Source of the DNA: the human T2T-CHM13v2.0 reference genome, Homo sapiens
Length of the DNA: 64,000 nt
Strand: one strand, 5' to 3'
NCBI RefSeq assembly: GCF_009914755.1
Contig: NC_060937.1
Under the pieces are notes generated by a model, which worked only from the letters and a program-made list of their open reading frames with translations, made no database searches and was not told the origin of the DNA. Positions 1 through 11,529 of this stretch are shown here, piece by piece; positions within the stretch are counted from its first letter, which is position 1, and each line of letters begins with the position of its first letter. Made by a program: the position numbers and the translations under genes.

Positions 1-315
1 GGCCTTACATTTACATGCATACAAATTCGGTTGTATATGTCAAAAGGTGAAATGGATGACACAGAGGAACCCTGTGTGCAGTCTCTGTAAACCGGCCAGA
101 ATCACTCCACAGTCAGGAATGCTGGTAAGTTGTGTTTCATGGGAAGGAAAGTCTAATGGTAGTTAGCGAGGGAAGGAGTATAATGAGGTGTGTCTGACCT
201 GCTGTTCCATTGTGGGCAGGAAGTAAGTTTTTCAGGTTTCTCTGGGGTCCCCTTGGCCAGGAGGGGTTCATTTAGTTAATTGGGAAGCTTAGGATTTTAT
301 TGTTATTTCTCAACA
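1..315 (-). mobile_element. ERV1 MER4-group LTR, cut by the window edge
   Basis: Reverse complement begins TGTTGAGAAATAACAATAAAATCCTAAGC...CTGGCCAAGGGGACCCCAGAGAAACCT, a typical MER4-group LTR 5' end. Confidence 0.7.
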
Positions 316-316
316 G

Positions 317-1332
317 TGTCGTAGTCAGTTTGGGCTGTTGTAACAAATTATCATAGGCTCAGTGGCTTAAATCACAAACACCATTTCTCACAGTTCTGGA
401 GGCTGAAGTCCAAAATCATGTTGCCAATGTGGCTGAGGGCTGGTGAGGGCTATCTTCCAGGTTGCAGGGTGCCAACTTCTCCTTGTGCTCTCACAAGGAG
501 GAAAGATGGCAAGAGAGCTCTCAAGTGTCTTACTATAAAGAACTAATCCCATTCACAAGAGCTTTACCCTCATGACCTAATCATCTCTCAAAGCCCCACG
601 TTCTAATGCCATTACTGGGGCTTGGAAAGCAATACCTCAAACACTGGCATTTTGACATGTTGAGGGGCCTTAGCTGCTTCACAATGAAGGTTCTTCTAAT
701 TTTTGTCTTGTCCCAGCCACCCCAAATACAAGAAGAGACCTTTTCTTTGAGATTTCCTTATTTGACCAAGAAAGCTTCTTTCCAAAAGGCATGAAGTTGT
801 CTTAAGACTTCTTCCCTAGGAATCTCGTCACATAACCAGGAAAGATTAATCTCCAGAGAAGAAGAGACTGGGTCACAATGCTTAGGTATTTTTTATATAT
901 TTTTCTGAGGGCAACCCCAAGAGACTTCCTGGGGAACTTACCTGCATAACGAGACAACCTTTGTACCCATGCAGCTTCTCCCCTCACCTTCCTTCTGCCT
1001 CCTGACTGTTCACTCTCCCTCCTGATTTACCACTTCTCAAAAAAATTGTCTGCAGTCCTCATCCCCCCACTTCCCTACGGAAAAGGGTACATAAGCTTCT
1101 CTAACACACTGGATGACTAGGTAGTCACTCTGTCACTTTCCCTCCTGCACACTAATAAAATTGTATTAATAAATTTGTATCCCTTTTCTTCTATGAATTT
1201 GCCTTATGTCAGTTTTTTAGTGAACCTTCAGAGAGCAAAGGGGAAAGTTTTCCTTCAACCCTAAACCATTGCATTGGGAGTGGGTTTTCTAAATATAAAT
1301 TTTGGGGAAAACAAGCATTTTAGTCCACTGCA
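317..1332 (-). mobile_element. MaLR MLT1A-type LTR, split into 317-612 and 1266-1332 by an ERV1 LTR
   Basis: Hallmarks tgggctg..taacaaa, tttctcacagttctggaggctg and ccctcatgacctaatc; the sequence resumes after 1265 with cattggg..aattttgggg..tagtccactgca. Confidence 0.85.
613..1265 (+). mobile_element. ERV1 solo LTR, MER34/MER39-like
   Basis: Starts tactggggcttggaaagcaatacc..ttttgacatg; ends gtgaaccttcagagagcaaaggggaaagttttcc; AATAAA near 1170; 4-bp TSD CCAT at 609-612 and 1266-1269. Confidence 0.8.
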
Positions 1333-1574
1333 GACGGAAATTTTCTTCTGAGACTTGATGCTTCATGAGAAGCCACATTGCCACCTGGCAAAGTTCTCTA
1401 GTCAAAAGCTGTCTGTTTGTTTGTCTTGTGAAAAGAATCACCAACAATCTCTTTTTAGAAGTACATGTGCTTCATAATAATGTCGAAATTCATAAGAAGT
1501 TCATAATTCAGAATTCAGAAGTTCATACTAATGTGGAAATGGTCAGAAGAAAAACAAGATCTGCCTGCTATAAG

Positions 1575-1686
1575 ACTCAGCCAATGAGGACATGTGGCTG
1601 ACATAACTGTGAGATAATAAATTTGTGTTGTTTTAAGTCACAAACTTTGTGATGATTTATTTCGGCAGCAACAGAGAATTAATCCA
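1575..1686 (+). mobile_element. Old MLT1 LTR, 3' fragment
   Basis: aactgtgagataataaatttgtgttgttttaag..gcagcaacagagaattaat is the MLT1 3' end motif. Confidence 0.75.
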
Positions 1687-1827
1687 AGTGTTGAGTGCTC
1701 ATGTACACACACCAGCAACTCTGCTAGATTTAACCAGGGTGGCCTAATGTCTAACACAGGAATAATCCATTAATTCATTAGTAAATGCATAGATATTTAT
1801 TCCTATACTTAAAAAGAGGAAGACTGG

Positions 1828-2025
1828 AAATAGCATTGACTGAGCACCTAGTACATGCCAGGAATAATTCTAAATGCTGAACATTTATTGGTAGTTTTAC
1901 TTCTCATAACAACCTCAAACTAGATGAGACAGCCAAGGTTCTGAAAATATGAATACTGCTCTAATTCACGCAAAAATCAGAAGCTGAGTCCCCTCAACAT
2001 CAAAGCCCTAATTCTTCAACTACAA
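1828..2025 (-). mobile_element. MIR fragment
   Basis: ctgagcacctagtacatgccagg..ctcataacaacctc..agatgag resembles the MIR core. Confidence 0.6.
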
Positions 2026-2363
2026 CTTAAATTAAAAGAAGTGCTTCAAATTATAAAATAACATAAACAGCATTTTATTTTGTTTACTTACTTCCCTAGC
2101 TATGTGTCACTGTAACTTGTGGACAGGGCAGTGCTGAAGGAAAGGCATTATGAGCCAGCTGGACTTTAGCATGGGTGGAGGTGAGAACCAGAGAGAGAGT
2201 ACACTTGTGCTGCACGACATGTGAGAGGTGGTATTGGGGACCCTGGGCCATGCAGGAGGAAAGGGTAAAGAATCAAAAAGGTATGGTGGAGAGAGAGGAG
2301 AAAAAACTCAGAAACCTGGGGAACTGTGTGACGGTCAGCCAGACAGAGGTCTACTCTTGGAGA

Positions 2364-2620
2364 TGGCAGCAAGAGAGAAAGAGAAGGAGGAAGTGCTACA
2401 TGCTTTTAAACAACCAGATCTCATGAGAACTCACACTCATGAGAGCAGCAAGGGGGAAACCTGATCCACTCACCTCCCACCAGGTCCGCCCCCGAACAAT
2501 AGGTATTACAATTCTATTTTAATGAGATTCGGGTGGGGACAAGAGCCAAACCTTATCAACATGCATCTTCTTTGGAAATTTCAAGAATAAGTACTTTTTT
2601 AGAACCTGTCATCATTTTGC
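2364..2620 (-). repeat. Left arm of inverted duplication: partial MSTA LTR (2364-2558) plus 62 bp unique flank
   Basis: Reverse complement aligns to 3330-3587 with 16 substitutions and 1 indel by hand count. Confidence 0.92.
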
Positions 2621-3391
2621 TCAGAAGAATTTTGGAGGCTCCCAATTTGGACTTCTGTTTCTGTAGTCCCTTCCTAAGGCCTTTGGTTCCTCAGTAAAGT
2701 CCCTTATATTTATAAACTATGGTGGGAGAGGGTTTTGTTTGTGTAAAAGCCCCTGATAAATTTGGCTTCCCATCTGCAATGGCATGAGGTCCAGCAGCAA
2801 CTGTGCTAGAGAAAGAAGATTCCGGAGAGTAGAAGACATGAGAATGAGAACGTGATCACCCACCCTGGCTGAGATCCCCAACCCTAGGACGTCACTCAAG
2901 GTTTGGAGAGGACTAAGGATTTCAGCAGGGCATGGATTTGAGACCTTCAAGCCAGTTTCCTGGCAGGGAGGCTGCAGGGGGCATCTGGGCACTGCCTATC
3001 TTTGTTCTCAGTGATCTTTGCTTGTGGGCAGCCCAGTCTTTGGGCCGGTTGCCCTCATCCATCTGGGGGCAGCAAGTTACAGTGAGGTGACAGGTCGCAC
3101 AGCAAATAGTCTCTGCACAACGAGGTCTGCAAACCCCAACGTTACAATTTGTCATCTTAGGGAACAAAATGTAATCACACACAGTAATAGAGTTTTTGAA
3201 GCAAAAGGGAAAAAAAGAAGGGAGGAGGGCAATGAATTAAGTTACAAGGTGTTCTGTGGAACATTATGCATGAGACTTGGTCTCTAACTCTAGTTTGAGA
3301 AATCTTGGTCTTGTAATCCACTAATTTTGGCAAAATGATGACAGGTTCTAAAGAAGTATTTATTCTTGAAATTTCCAAAGAAGATGCCTGT

Positions 3392-3762
3392 TGATAAGGT
3401 TTGGCTCTTGTCCCTACCTGAATCTCATTACAATAGAATTGTAGTTCCTATTGCTCGGGGAGGGACCTGGCGGGGGGTGAGTGGATCAGGCTTCCCCCTT
3501 GCTGCTCTCATGAGTGTGAGTTCTCATGAGATCTGGTTGTTTAAAAGGCGTGTAGCACTTCCCCCTTCTCTTTCTCTCTTGCTGCCACATGAAGACTTGC
3601 TTGCTTCCCTTTTGCCCTTCTACCATGATTGTAAGTTTCCTGAGGCCTCCCCAGCCATGCTTTCTGTACAGTCTGTGGAATGATGACCAAATTAAACCTT
3701 TTCTTCATAAATTACCCAGTCTCAGGTAGTTTTTTATAACAGTGTGAGAATGGACTAATACA
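3392..3762 (+). mobile_element. MaLR MSTA solo LTR, complete
   Basis: TGATAAGGTTTGGCTC...AATGGACTAATACA with perfect 5-bp TSD CCTGT at 3387-3391 and 3763-3767. Confidence 0.9.
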
Positions 3763-5019
3763 CCTGTGCAGAAAATGTTGACTGGAAATTGAGAAAAATA
3801 GAAGATTAAAGATTTTAATATGGTAGGACATCTGTTCTCAAGCAGGGTATGTTAGTGCATTTAATCATTGATAAAGGTTCTGGCCCCTAAAAAATTCAAA
3901 AGAAATCTAGGATTGTTGGCTTCCTAACTTCTGTCTGAAAGCTGTCTTTACTATGTCAAGTTATTGCCTTTCTTAAAGCCTGTGAGTTGGGGCCCTGGGT
4001 ACCCACTCCTTAACAAACACAGGAGCCGATGTCATGCTGCTAATACAGGTACAGTTAGCAGAGTTTAACACCTCAGAAACTTCAGAGATTTTCTGTGAAT
4101 CTCTATAGATGTGACCACTGCTCTGAAAGTAACTAAATTTCAACACCGACTCACATTTATAATTTAGTTCTTAAAGATGATTTTCATTAGATATTTTAGG
4201 ATATCTGAATCTATGTCAGATTTAACAAAAATGTAAATCTACAACAACATAAGGATGCTCAATAAACAAATATTTAAATATATGAAATGTATATAACAAA
4301 AGAGAAACTTAAATCTCAAATGAACTCAGTAACAAAGTGATTTACTAAAGCTTAGATGCTTTTCGATTACTATATAACACCAAAGAAAACTTAAATTGCT
4401 TAGAAAGCAAAATGACAGTTTGGATAGTCTTTCTAAACTACAAATTAAGACATTCTATCTATACGATTTTTCTAGTATTTGTTCCATAGTCTGCTGTTTT
4501 CCTCAATTCATCCCCTATCCCTCACTTAGAACTCATTCTCAAGAAATGTGATATTAAATACACAGATCATGCAGTTCCCTTCACCAGAGCAAAGTTTTAG
4601 ACATTAAAAGACTTCAAGTAGTAACTGGATTAGTAGTTTTTTGAAGTTTATGATTCAACAGAAAACAAAAGTAGCTAAAACTCAAACAGAATAATTTTCT
4701 GGTTAACAGGTGTGGATATGGAAATGTTCTGTTGTGGAATCAACCAGGACCAACACATTTCAAAACAATTGCCTAACTCACTATGAGAAATGTAGTTGGC
4801 CTTTGAACAATAATTTGGAAAACAAATGTCAACCATACAAAGTTTACTGTTTCTGCTTTATCTGGGCCTTTACAGTGTTACCATTCTACTGTTGCAACAA
4901 ACATTTGGTGAATAGATAGTGGCCTGGTCAAAGTACATACACATCAAGAGGGAAAGGAGGATAAATCAAACACAAAGGGTTCTGAGATACAATGGAGAAC
5001 ATAGGAGATATAATACAAT

Positions 5020-5397
5020 TGCATTAGTCCATTTTTACACTGCTATAAACAAATACCCGAGACTGGGTAATTTACAAAGGAAAGAGGTTTAATTGACTCC
5101 CAGTTCCACATGGCTGTGGAGGCCCCAGGAAACTCACAATCATGGCAGAAGGCAAACGGGAAGCAAGCACAGACCTTCTCATATGGCAGCAGGAGAGAGA
5201 AGAGAGCAAAGGGGGAAGAGTCCCTTATAAAATCATCAGATTTAGGGAGAACTCACTCACTGTCATGAGAACAGCATGAGGGAAACTGCCCCCATGATCC
5301 GATCATCCCCACTTGGTCCCTCCCCTGACACATGGGTATTATAGGGATTACAATTCAAGATAAGATTTGGGTGGGGACACAGAGCCAAGCCATATCA
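5020..5397 (-). mobile_element. MaLR THE1 solo LTR (THE1D-like)
   Basis: tgcattagtcc..gagactgggtaattta..gatttgggtggggacacagagccaagccatatca. Confidence 0.9.
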
Positions 5398-5949
5398 ATC
5401 ACGTAGAAAGCAATAGCTGCCTTAGGAGATACGTTGTGTTAAAAACAACAACAACAACAACAAAACCAAACCTTACAGCAGGTCTTCAGAGAGAGAGAAA
5501 TTACTTCTAGTTGAGGGACCAGGAAACGCCTTATAAAAGGAGTAGCTTTGAAGTATTTGAACAGATAAATGAACAGGAAGGGCATGTCAAGAGAAGGATC
5601 CCTTTTCTTTTTTCCAGGACTTCATTCACTCATAAAAAAATGTTGCTACTAAAGAGCTGAAACATAATCTGGAGACAATGATGGCAAATATTTCCATAAA
5701 TTCCTTGCAGAAAGCAATGCAATAACACATGGACATAAATTAGAGACGTTAGTTTAATGAATCATTTCTTGAGGGGTTTTCAAACAAACAGCTCAGCAGG
5801 GCTCACTGATAATTCAGGGGTCATTGCGAGGCTCTCCATGGCTCATCTCATTATCTGCATGAACAGTATCAAGTTTAGGTTGATAATGATTTCAGTATCC
5901 CATTTGGGCCATGCATAAAAATATATATTTGCAATAAATAAATGACTAC

Positions 5950-6117
5950 ATGTAATGAATATATGCACACGTGTGCATATGCATATTTATATACGCATAT
6001 ATATATGTGTGTATATAGACATGTGTCTGTGGATATATATATGTATACACATTTACACATGCATGTTTATACCTATTTTATATACGTAACATATGTGTGT
6101 GTGTGTGTGTGTGTGTG
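5950..6117. repeat. Alternating purine-pyrimidine (TA/CA/TG) tract ending in (TG)12
   Basis: Directly visible; the pure (TG)12 is at 6094-6117. Confidence 0.9.
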
Positions 6118-6149
6118 TTTAAAATAAAGCAAACTGCTGTTACAAGTGC

Positions 6150-6361
6150 AAACTCTGGAAAAGACAATTTCGACTGATTCTTGGTTTTATCACTTGCCTG
6201 CTGTATTACCTTTAGAAAATTACCCAACCTCTCTGAGCCTTAGGCTCTGCAGTTGCCAAGAGAAGAGTAACATGATAACTGCTACAAAAAGTACTTGAGC
6301 TTCAGTGGGATCCAGGTGAAAAACATTTAGCAGTGCATGATATTTAGTAAATGCTCAGAAA
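6150..6361 (+). mobile_element. MIR
   Basis: Core aaattacccaacctctctgagcct and 3' end tagtaaatgctcagaaa. Confidence 0.7.
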
Positions 6362-6959
6362 CAGACCCCATCAAAATATATTTTTAACCTCATTTATTGG
6401 CTATGTAGTCATGTCTACCATATTATAAGAGATATGGAAGAGATTTGTGAAGCAAATAGAACTGTTTGGAACACTAGGCCTCATTGTGTAAGACGGGTTA
6501 AAGAAGAATCCCTGGGAAGCATGTTTTTTAAAGACATTCAATAAAACACAGTGTTGGAAATTAAAAATGCAATACCTTCTGCCATCATCAGAAGAGTAAA
6601 CTCTATGGATGACCCCTGAATCACTGAACTCAAGATATTCTACAAGTGGATCTTATCAACATTCTCCATGTGACATCTTGAAATCCATCACAATATGCAC
6701 GAGTGAAATGTTGATTTCGATGAGTCCCATGTATTTTTTCTATTTACACACAGGTTTCTTTGGGATTGGGTGCCAAGCAATGCAGGAATGGTTCCTATTG
6801 GCAGCTACTCTTTATGAACATTTCAACCACAAAAGCGTATTCTGAAAATGCCACTGTTTTTTGTTAGTTTTTGGTTTAAAAGCAGCTAAAAATTCTGGAC
6901 ATTTTTGGAGATCCTGAACTATTTTGCCAAATCTCCCTTTAATCTTATATTCTCTACTA

Positions 6960-7320
6960 TCAGGGAAGCTTTCATTCCAGGCCAGCTGGTCCAGAAACTC
7001 CTCAAAACATGCTTTGAACATTCCCCTCCCTGAAATTCTGTTCATTCCTCTGTCACTCTTATAATTTATTCTTCTCTTTTTCCCAGATCAAATCATTCTC
7101 ATCCTTTTTTCTCAGTTCTGTTTCTCTTGCTGCAATTTCTCCTTGAACACTCAAACCTACAGTGAATATCTCTCATGTCAACATTCATGTATGGTACCAT
7201 GGATTTGCTGGGTATTGTTAACTGATTTATTTTGTGTCTGCCATGTCTTTTTACCAGACTCTTGAGGTCTGAGATACTATGGTCTTTGCCTTCCCTTCCC
7301 TCAATGTCTAAAATAGAAAA
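6960..7320 (+). mobile_element. L2 3' fragment
   Basis: Pyrimidine-rich, with tcctcaaaacatgc and tgtgtctg..accagactcttgagg. Confidence 0.5.
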
Positions 7321-8404
7321 ATGCATTATCTAGCCATATTTATAACTGAAGTGTTACTTAATAACTGCTGTGATATCATTCTATAAAAGACAAAAACTGA
7401 ATATGCTTTTAAAAGTGGACAGTTTAATAGATATTAAAGAAATATTAATATTCTGTCATATTAATTACAAAAATTATAAAGTTTTGCTCTCTAAAAGTTT
7501 TGTTTCCCTTTCCTCCTTCCTTCATTTCCTCCCTCCCTCCCTCCCTCTCTTCCTTCCTTCCTTTTGCTTTCTCAGTGGCAATTTCTCTCTAGTTTAGGAA
7601 CCAAATAAAAAATGTTGCTGCCTCTAGGGGGTGGCATTTTAATAACTTTTTAAGTGGGGTCTAAATCAAAGAGCGCTTAAGGGCTTCAAAGATTCTGTCT
7701 TTGTTAGTTTGCCTTCAGAACAGAGTGTGTGTTCCCAGACAACAGTGGCAGAAGGAAAACTATGCAACCACCTTCAATTATAATTTGTTCATTTGCACCT
7801 TAATGAATGAATTAGTATGCCACATCAGTTCTACTCCACTGTCATGATAAAACTTGCATTTATATAACCTGTAATCATTTTTACTATGGGCACAAGGGAG
7901 AAATTGATTTCTAAAGTTGATGACAACAAATAGGTTATGCTATTGCAAAGCCATGAGAATTTGCAAATGACTTGTGGCAACATGCAAGAGACAAGTTGCA
8001 ATTAAATATATGCCAATAGAAATAATTGCTTTGATGATGGCTGCTATGGCACTAACAAAGAGAAAATAAATGTAGGCACTTGTATGCTTTTACAAGTAAA
8101 TAAATTGCAATGGAAATAAAATGAATCAGAGTCAAAGGAAGTGTGCATAGAGTTGCTAGTCATTTCTGACTCAATAGCAAATTAGAGCCTAAACTTTGTT
8201 TGAATTGCAGCACAATTTCCACTAAACCACAACGCTCAGATCCCCAAAGAATTCAGACCCCAAATTGTATTACTCTTCACTTCAAGATCAAAAACCCATT
8301 GGAATCATCAAATCCATTTGAGGATAAACTACTAATGAAACATCTCACCCTTTCACATCATGAAAATTGGTGGAGTCTTAGTTATTTGCCAAGTTCAGCC
8401 AATA

Positions 8405-8980
8405 TCTTTTTAATTATGAAAAATTTCAAATATATAAAAAGAAAATAGAATAATAAATGAGCCCTCACTTATCATCACTCAACTTCAACTCATACCAAAT
8501 CCTATTTAATGTATATTCCTACCTGCTTTTTCACATTCTGGATTAGTTTGAAGTAAATAACCGACATTATATTAATATACTTCATTTGTAAATCATATTT
8601 TAAGCATAATTCTCACCTGAGTATCATTGTCACAAATGTAAATTAAATACCTCAATGTAATCAAATTGCCTTTATCACAATTTTAAATAGCTTGTTCAAA
8701 CTAGAATGCAACAATTGTAATAGGCTGGTTTTTAAGTATTTTCTAATCTATAGCTGCCTATCTCTTTCTTTCTTTCCCTCCTCCCTCTCTCTCTTATTCT
8801 CTTTTTCTCTTGCCATATTTTTGGCTAATAAAGCCTACTATTTTTCTTGTAGAGTTTCCTACAATCTTAATTCACTGATTGCTTATCAGTGATGTTTAAT
8901 ACATCTTTTCTCCCACATTTCCTGTAGGTTTGTAGTTAAATGTAAAGGTTTGATCAGTTTCAGCTTCCATTTTTCTCAGT
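8405..8980 (-). mobile_element. Ancient L1 (L1MC/ME-type) 3' fragment
   Basis: ttttaattatgaaaaatttcaaatatataaaaag..aataataaatgagccctc..tcactcaacttcaac is a typical antisense old-L1 3' end. Confidence 0.6.
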
Positions 8981-9719
8981 CAAGTCTTACACATATAAAG
9001 ATTTTACTCTGTAGAACAACAATGGATCAGCAACCCAGAGCTTGCATTCTTCACTTCTCAATTCATTGTCTAGCACTCTATTACCATAAATATGTGCTTA
9101 GACAGATAAACAAAAAGCTACTAACTGCTTAAGTATCATATACAAATGAGCTGGAGGAACTGAGGAAATGACTATGGAAGGAAGTGACTTTTCCAAGTCT
9201 TGAAGCCTATTGGTGGAGGCTACTGCAGGAAGTCCACCGAATGAACAAGAAACTTGACTGGCTCAGGAAATAGTAAGTAACAGGTAACTGGAAATTTGGC
9301 TCTGTTGCTGGTGAGTAGTGAAAGACCAGAAGCATCTACATATATGTAGACAGTACACGCGGTAAAATATGTGGAGAAGACATTCAAGGCAAAAGGACTG
9401 TAGGGGAAAAAAAAGATGTTAGAAAGAATCCAGATTTATGGATCTGGAAAAGAAAAATGAGCCATGGAAAAAAAGTGAGGGAGTTAAAGAACCAGAAAAG
9501 CTAGAGAAGAAATAATGCAGGAGGAAAAGTTTCCCATCAGAAGATGGTGCAGCAGAGCCGGTTTTGCAAAGATGCAAGATAAGGTGAAAAGTGAAGGAAT
9601 TAATATTTGTTGTGAGTCTACAACTTTTTATTTAAATCACACGGTAACCAAATACATATTAAGATCTCAATTTATAAGTAAGAAATCTAGTTAAGCCATT
9701 ATCAAATACAGTCAGCTTG

Positions 9720-10100
9720 GCTGGTGATCCCCAACATGGTCAGCTCTTCGCTGGTCTTCGCACTTTGCACTTTCTTATCTCCTTAAAGTTAGGCAAGGCC
9801 AGATGATTCACTTTAGGCAATGGAGGGTGAGTAAAAGAGGAGGCGTGAAGCATTTAAAAGCCAGTGTATGATTTTCTATGCCTTTTTCTCCTGTCTAGGA
9901 AAAGATGAATCCTTGTTCTGAGATGTTCTGGGATGGCACCATCATAAACTGGGTCCCTGAGAAACTAGTAAACAGAAGTCGCACTGCCAGCCTGCAGTGC
10001 ATAGGTAGAGATGGGGGAATTCAACTCTTATTTTCTTAAGCTACTGAAATTTGGGGGCTGGTTGTTACTCGAAAATAATCTACCCTTATTGACTGATTCT
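9720..10100 (+). mobile_element. Old MaLR LTR (MLT1J-like)
   Basis: agttaggcaaggcca..ctgggtccctgag..ttaagctactgaaatttggggg..gttgttact..tgactgatt. Confidence 0.7.
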
Positions 10101-10184
10101 CCAAATGACAAGGTTACCTGATGGTGGGGAAAAACGGGGTCAGGTGACAGCTTTATGATATTCATGTAAACAGGAAGGAATAGT

Positions 10185-10636
10185 TGTATTCATTTTCTAG
10201 GGCGTGCTGTAACAAACTATGATCAACTGAGTAGCTGAAAACAAGAGAAATGCATTGTCCAACAGTGCTGGAGGAGAACAGTCTGAAATCAAGGTGGTGT
10301 CAGGACCATGCTTCCTCTGAAACCTGTAGAGTGGCATCTTCGCTTGCCTCCTCCTGACTTTGGAGGTATCAGGCAATCGGTGACATCTCTTGATTTGCAG
10401 CTGCATGACTCCAATTTATACCACTGTTGTCACTTGGCATTCTCCTGTGTGTCCTCGTCGCGGGGCATTCTCCTCTCCTTATATCAGACACCAGTCACAC
10501 TGGATTAGCGCCCACCCTAATGACCTCATCTTAATCATCTGTGAAGGCCTTATTTCCAAATAAGGTCACATTAACAGATTCTGGGAGTTAGGACCTCAAC
10601 ATATTTTGCTGGGGGGACACAATTCTACCACCAACA
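10185..10636 (-). mobile_element. MaLR MLT1C-like LTR
   Basis: tgtatt..ctgtaacaaa..tctgaaatcaaggtg..cccaccctaatgacctcatcttaa..tatttccaaataaggtcacatt..ggggacacaattc. Confidence 0.85.
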
Positions 10637-11163
10637 AGTGTCTGGAGGGATGTGGAGCTCCTATGATCCAGCAAACACCGTGTGTGCTTTTACAACTTTC
10701 CCATAGGTGAGCATGTACCTGTCTGAGTGGGCACACATATGGAGCAACCAGGATGAATGTGAGCTTTTGGCAGGTCTAAAGTAAGTGGAGGGATTGGGTT
10801 ATCTATACATACCTTTAGGCTCATGATAAAGGTAGAAACTATCTTCTTATATCCCTTTTCATAGAACTATGATGTCCCCAAGACTCAAAAGCTTACCATA
10901 TAATAATTGGGATCGTAAAGTGAAAAAAATAGATCTTAACCAGGAAACAACAGAACACATAAACAATGCCTGAAATTCTACTAGAATAATTAAGTCCTTC
11001 AATACTGTGCATGTTTCAAAATCCTTAAGTCAAGAATTTTTATTTCATTTGTTCATTTCTATTGAAACTATCAGATATCCCTCTAAAAATCTTAGGATTT
11101 CTAACAGGCACTAAACTTAGCATTTTCCAAATGTTCAAAAAGAATTGCATACAATCTTATTCA

Positions 11164-11529
<366 letters not shown>

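Noticed and set aside
2922-3182. Cys-rich 86-aa minus-strand ORF
   Set aside because: Cys spacing matches no fold I recognise (metallothionein, defensin, keratin-associated) and there is no signal peptide.
5875-6127. Overlapping Tyr/Cys/Val/His-rich ORFs on both strands
   Set aside because: Artefact of alternating TA/CA/TG repeats.
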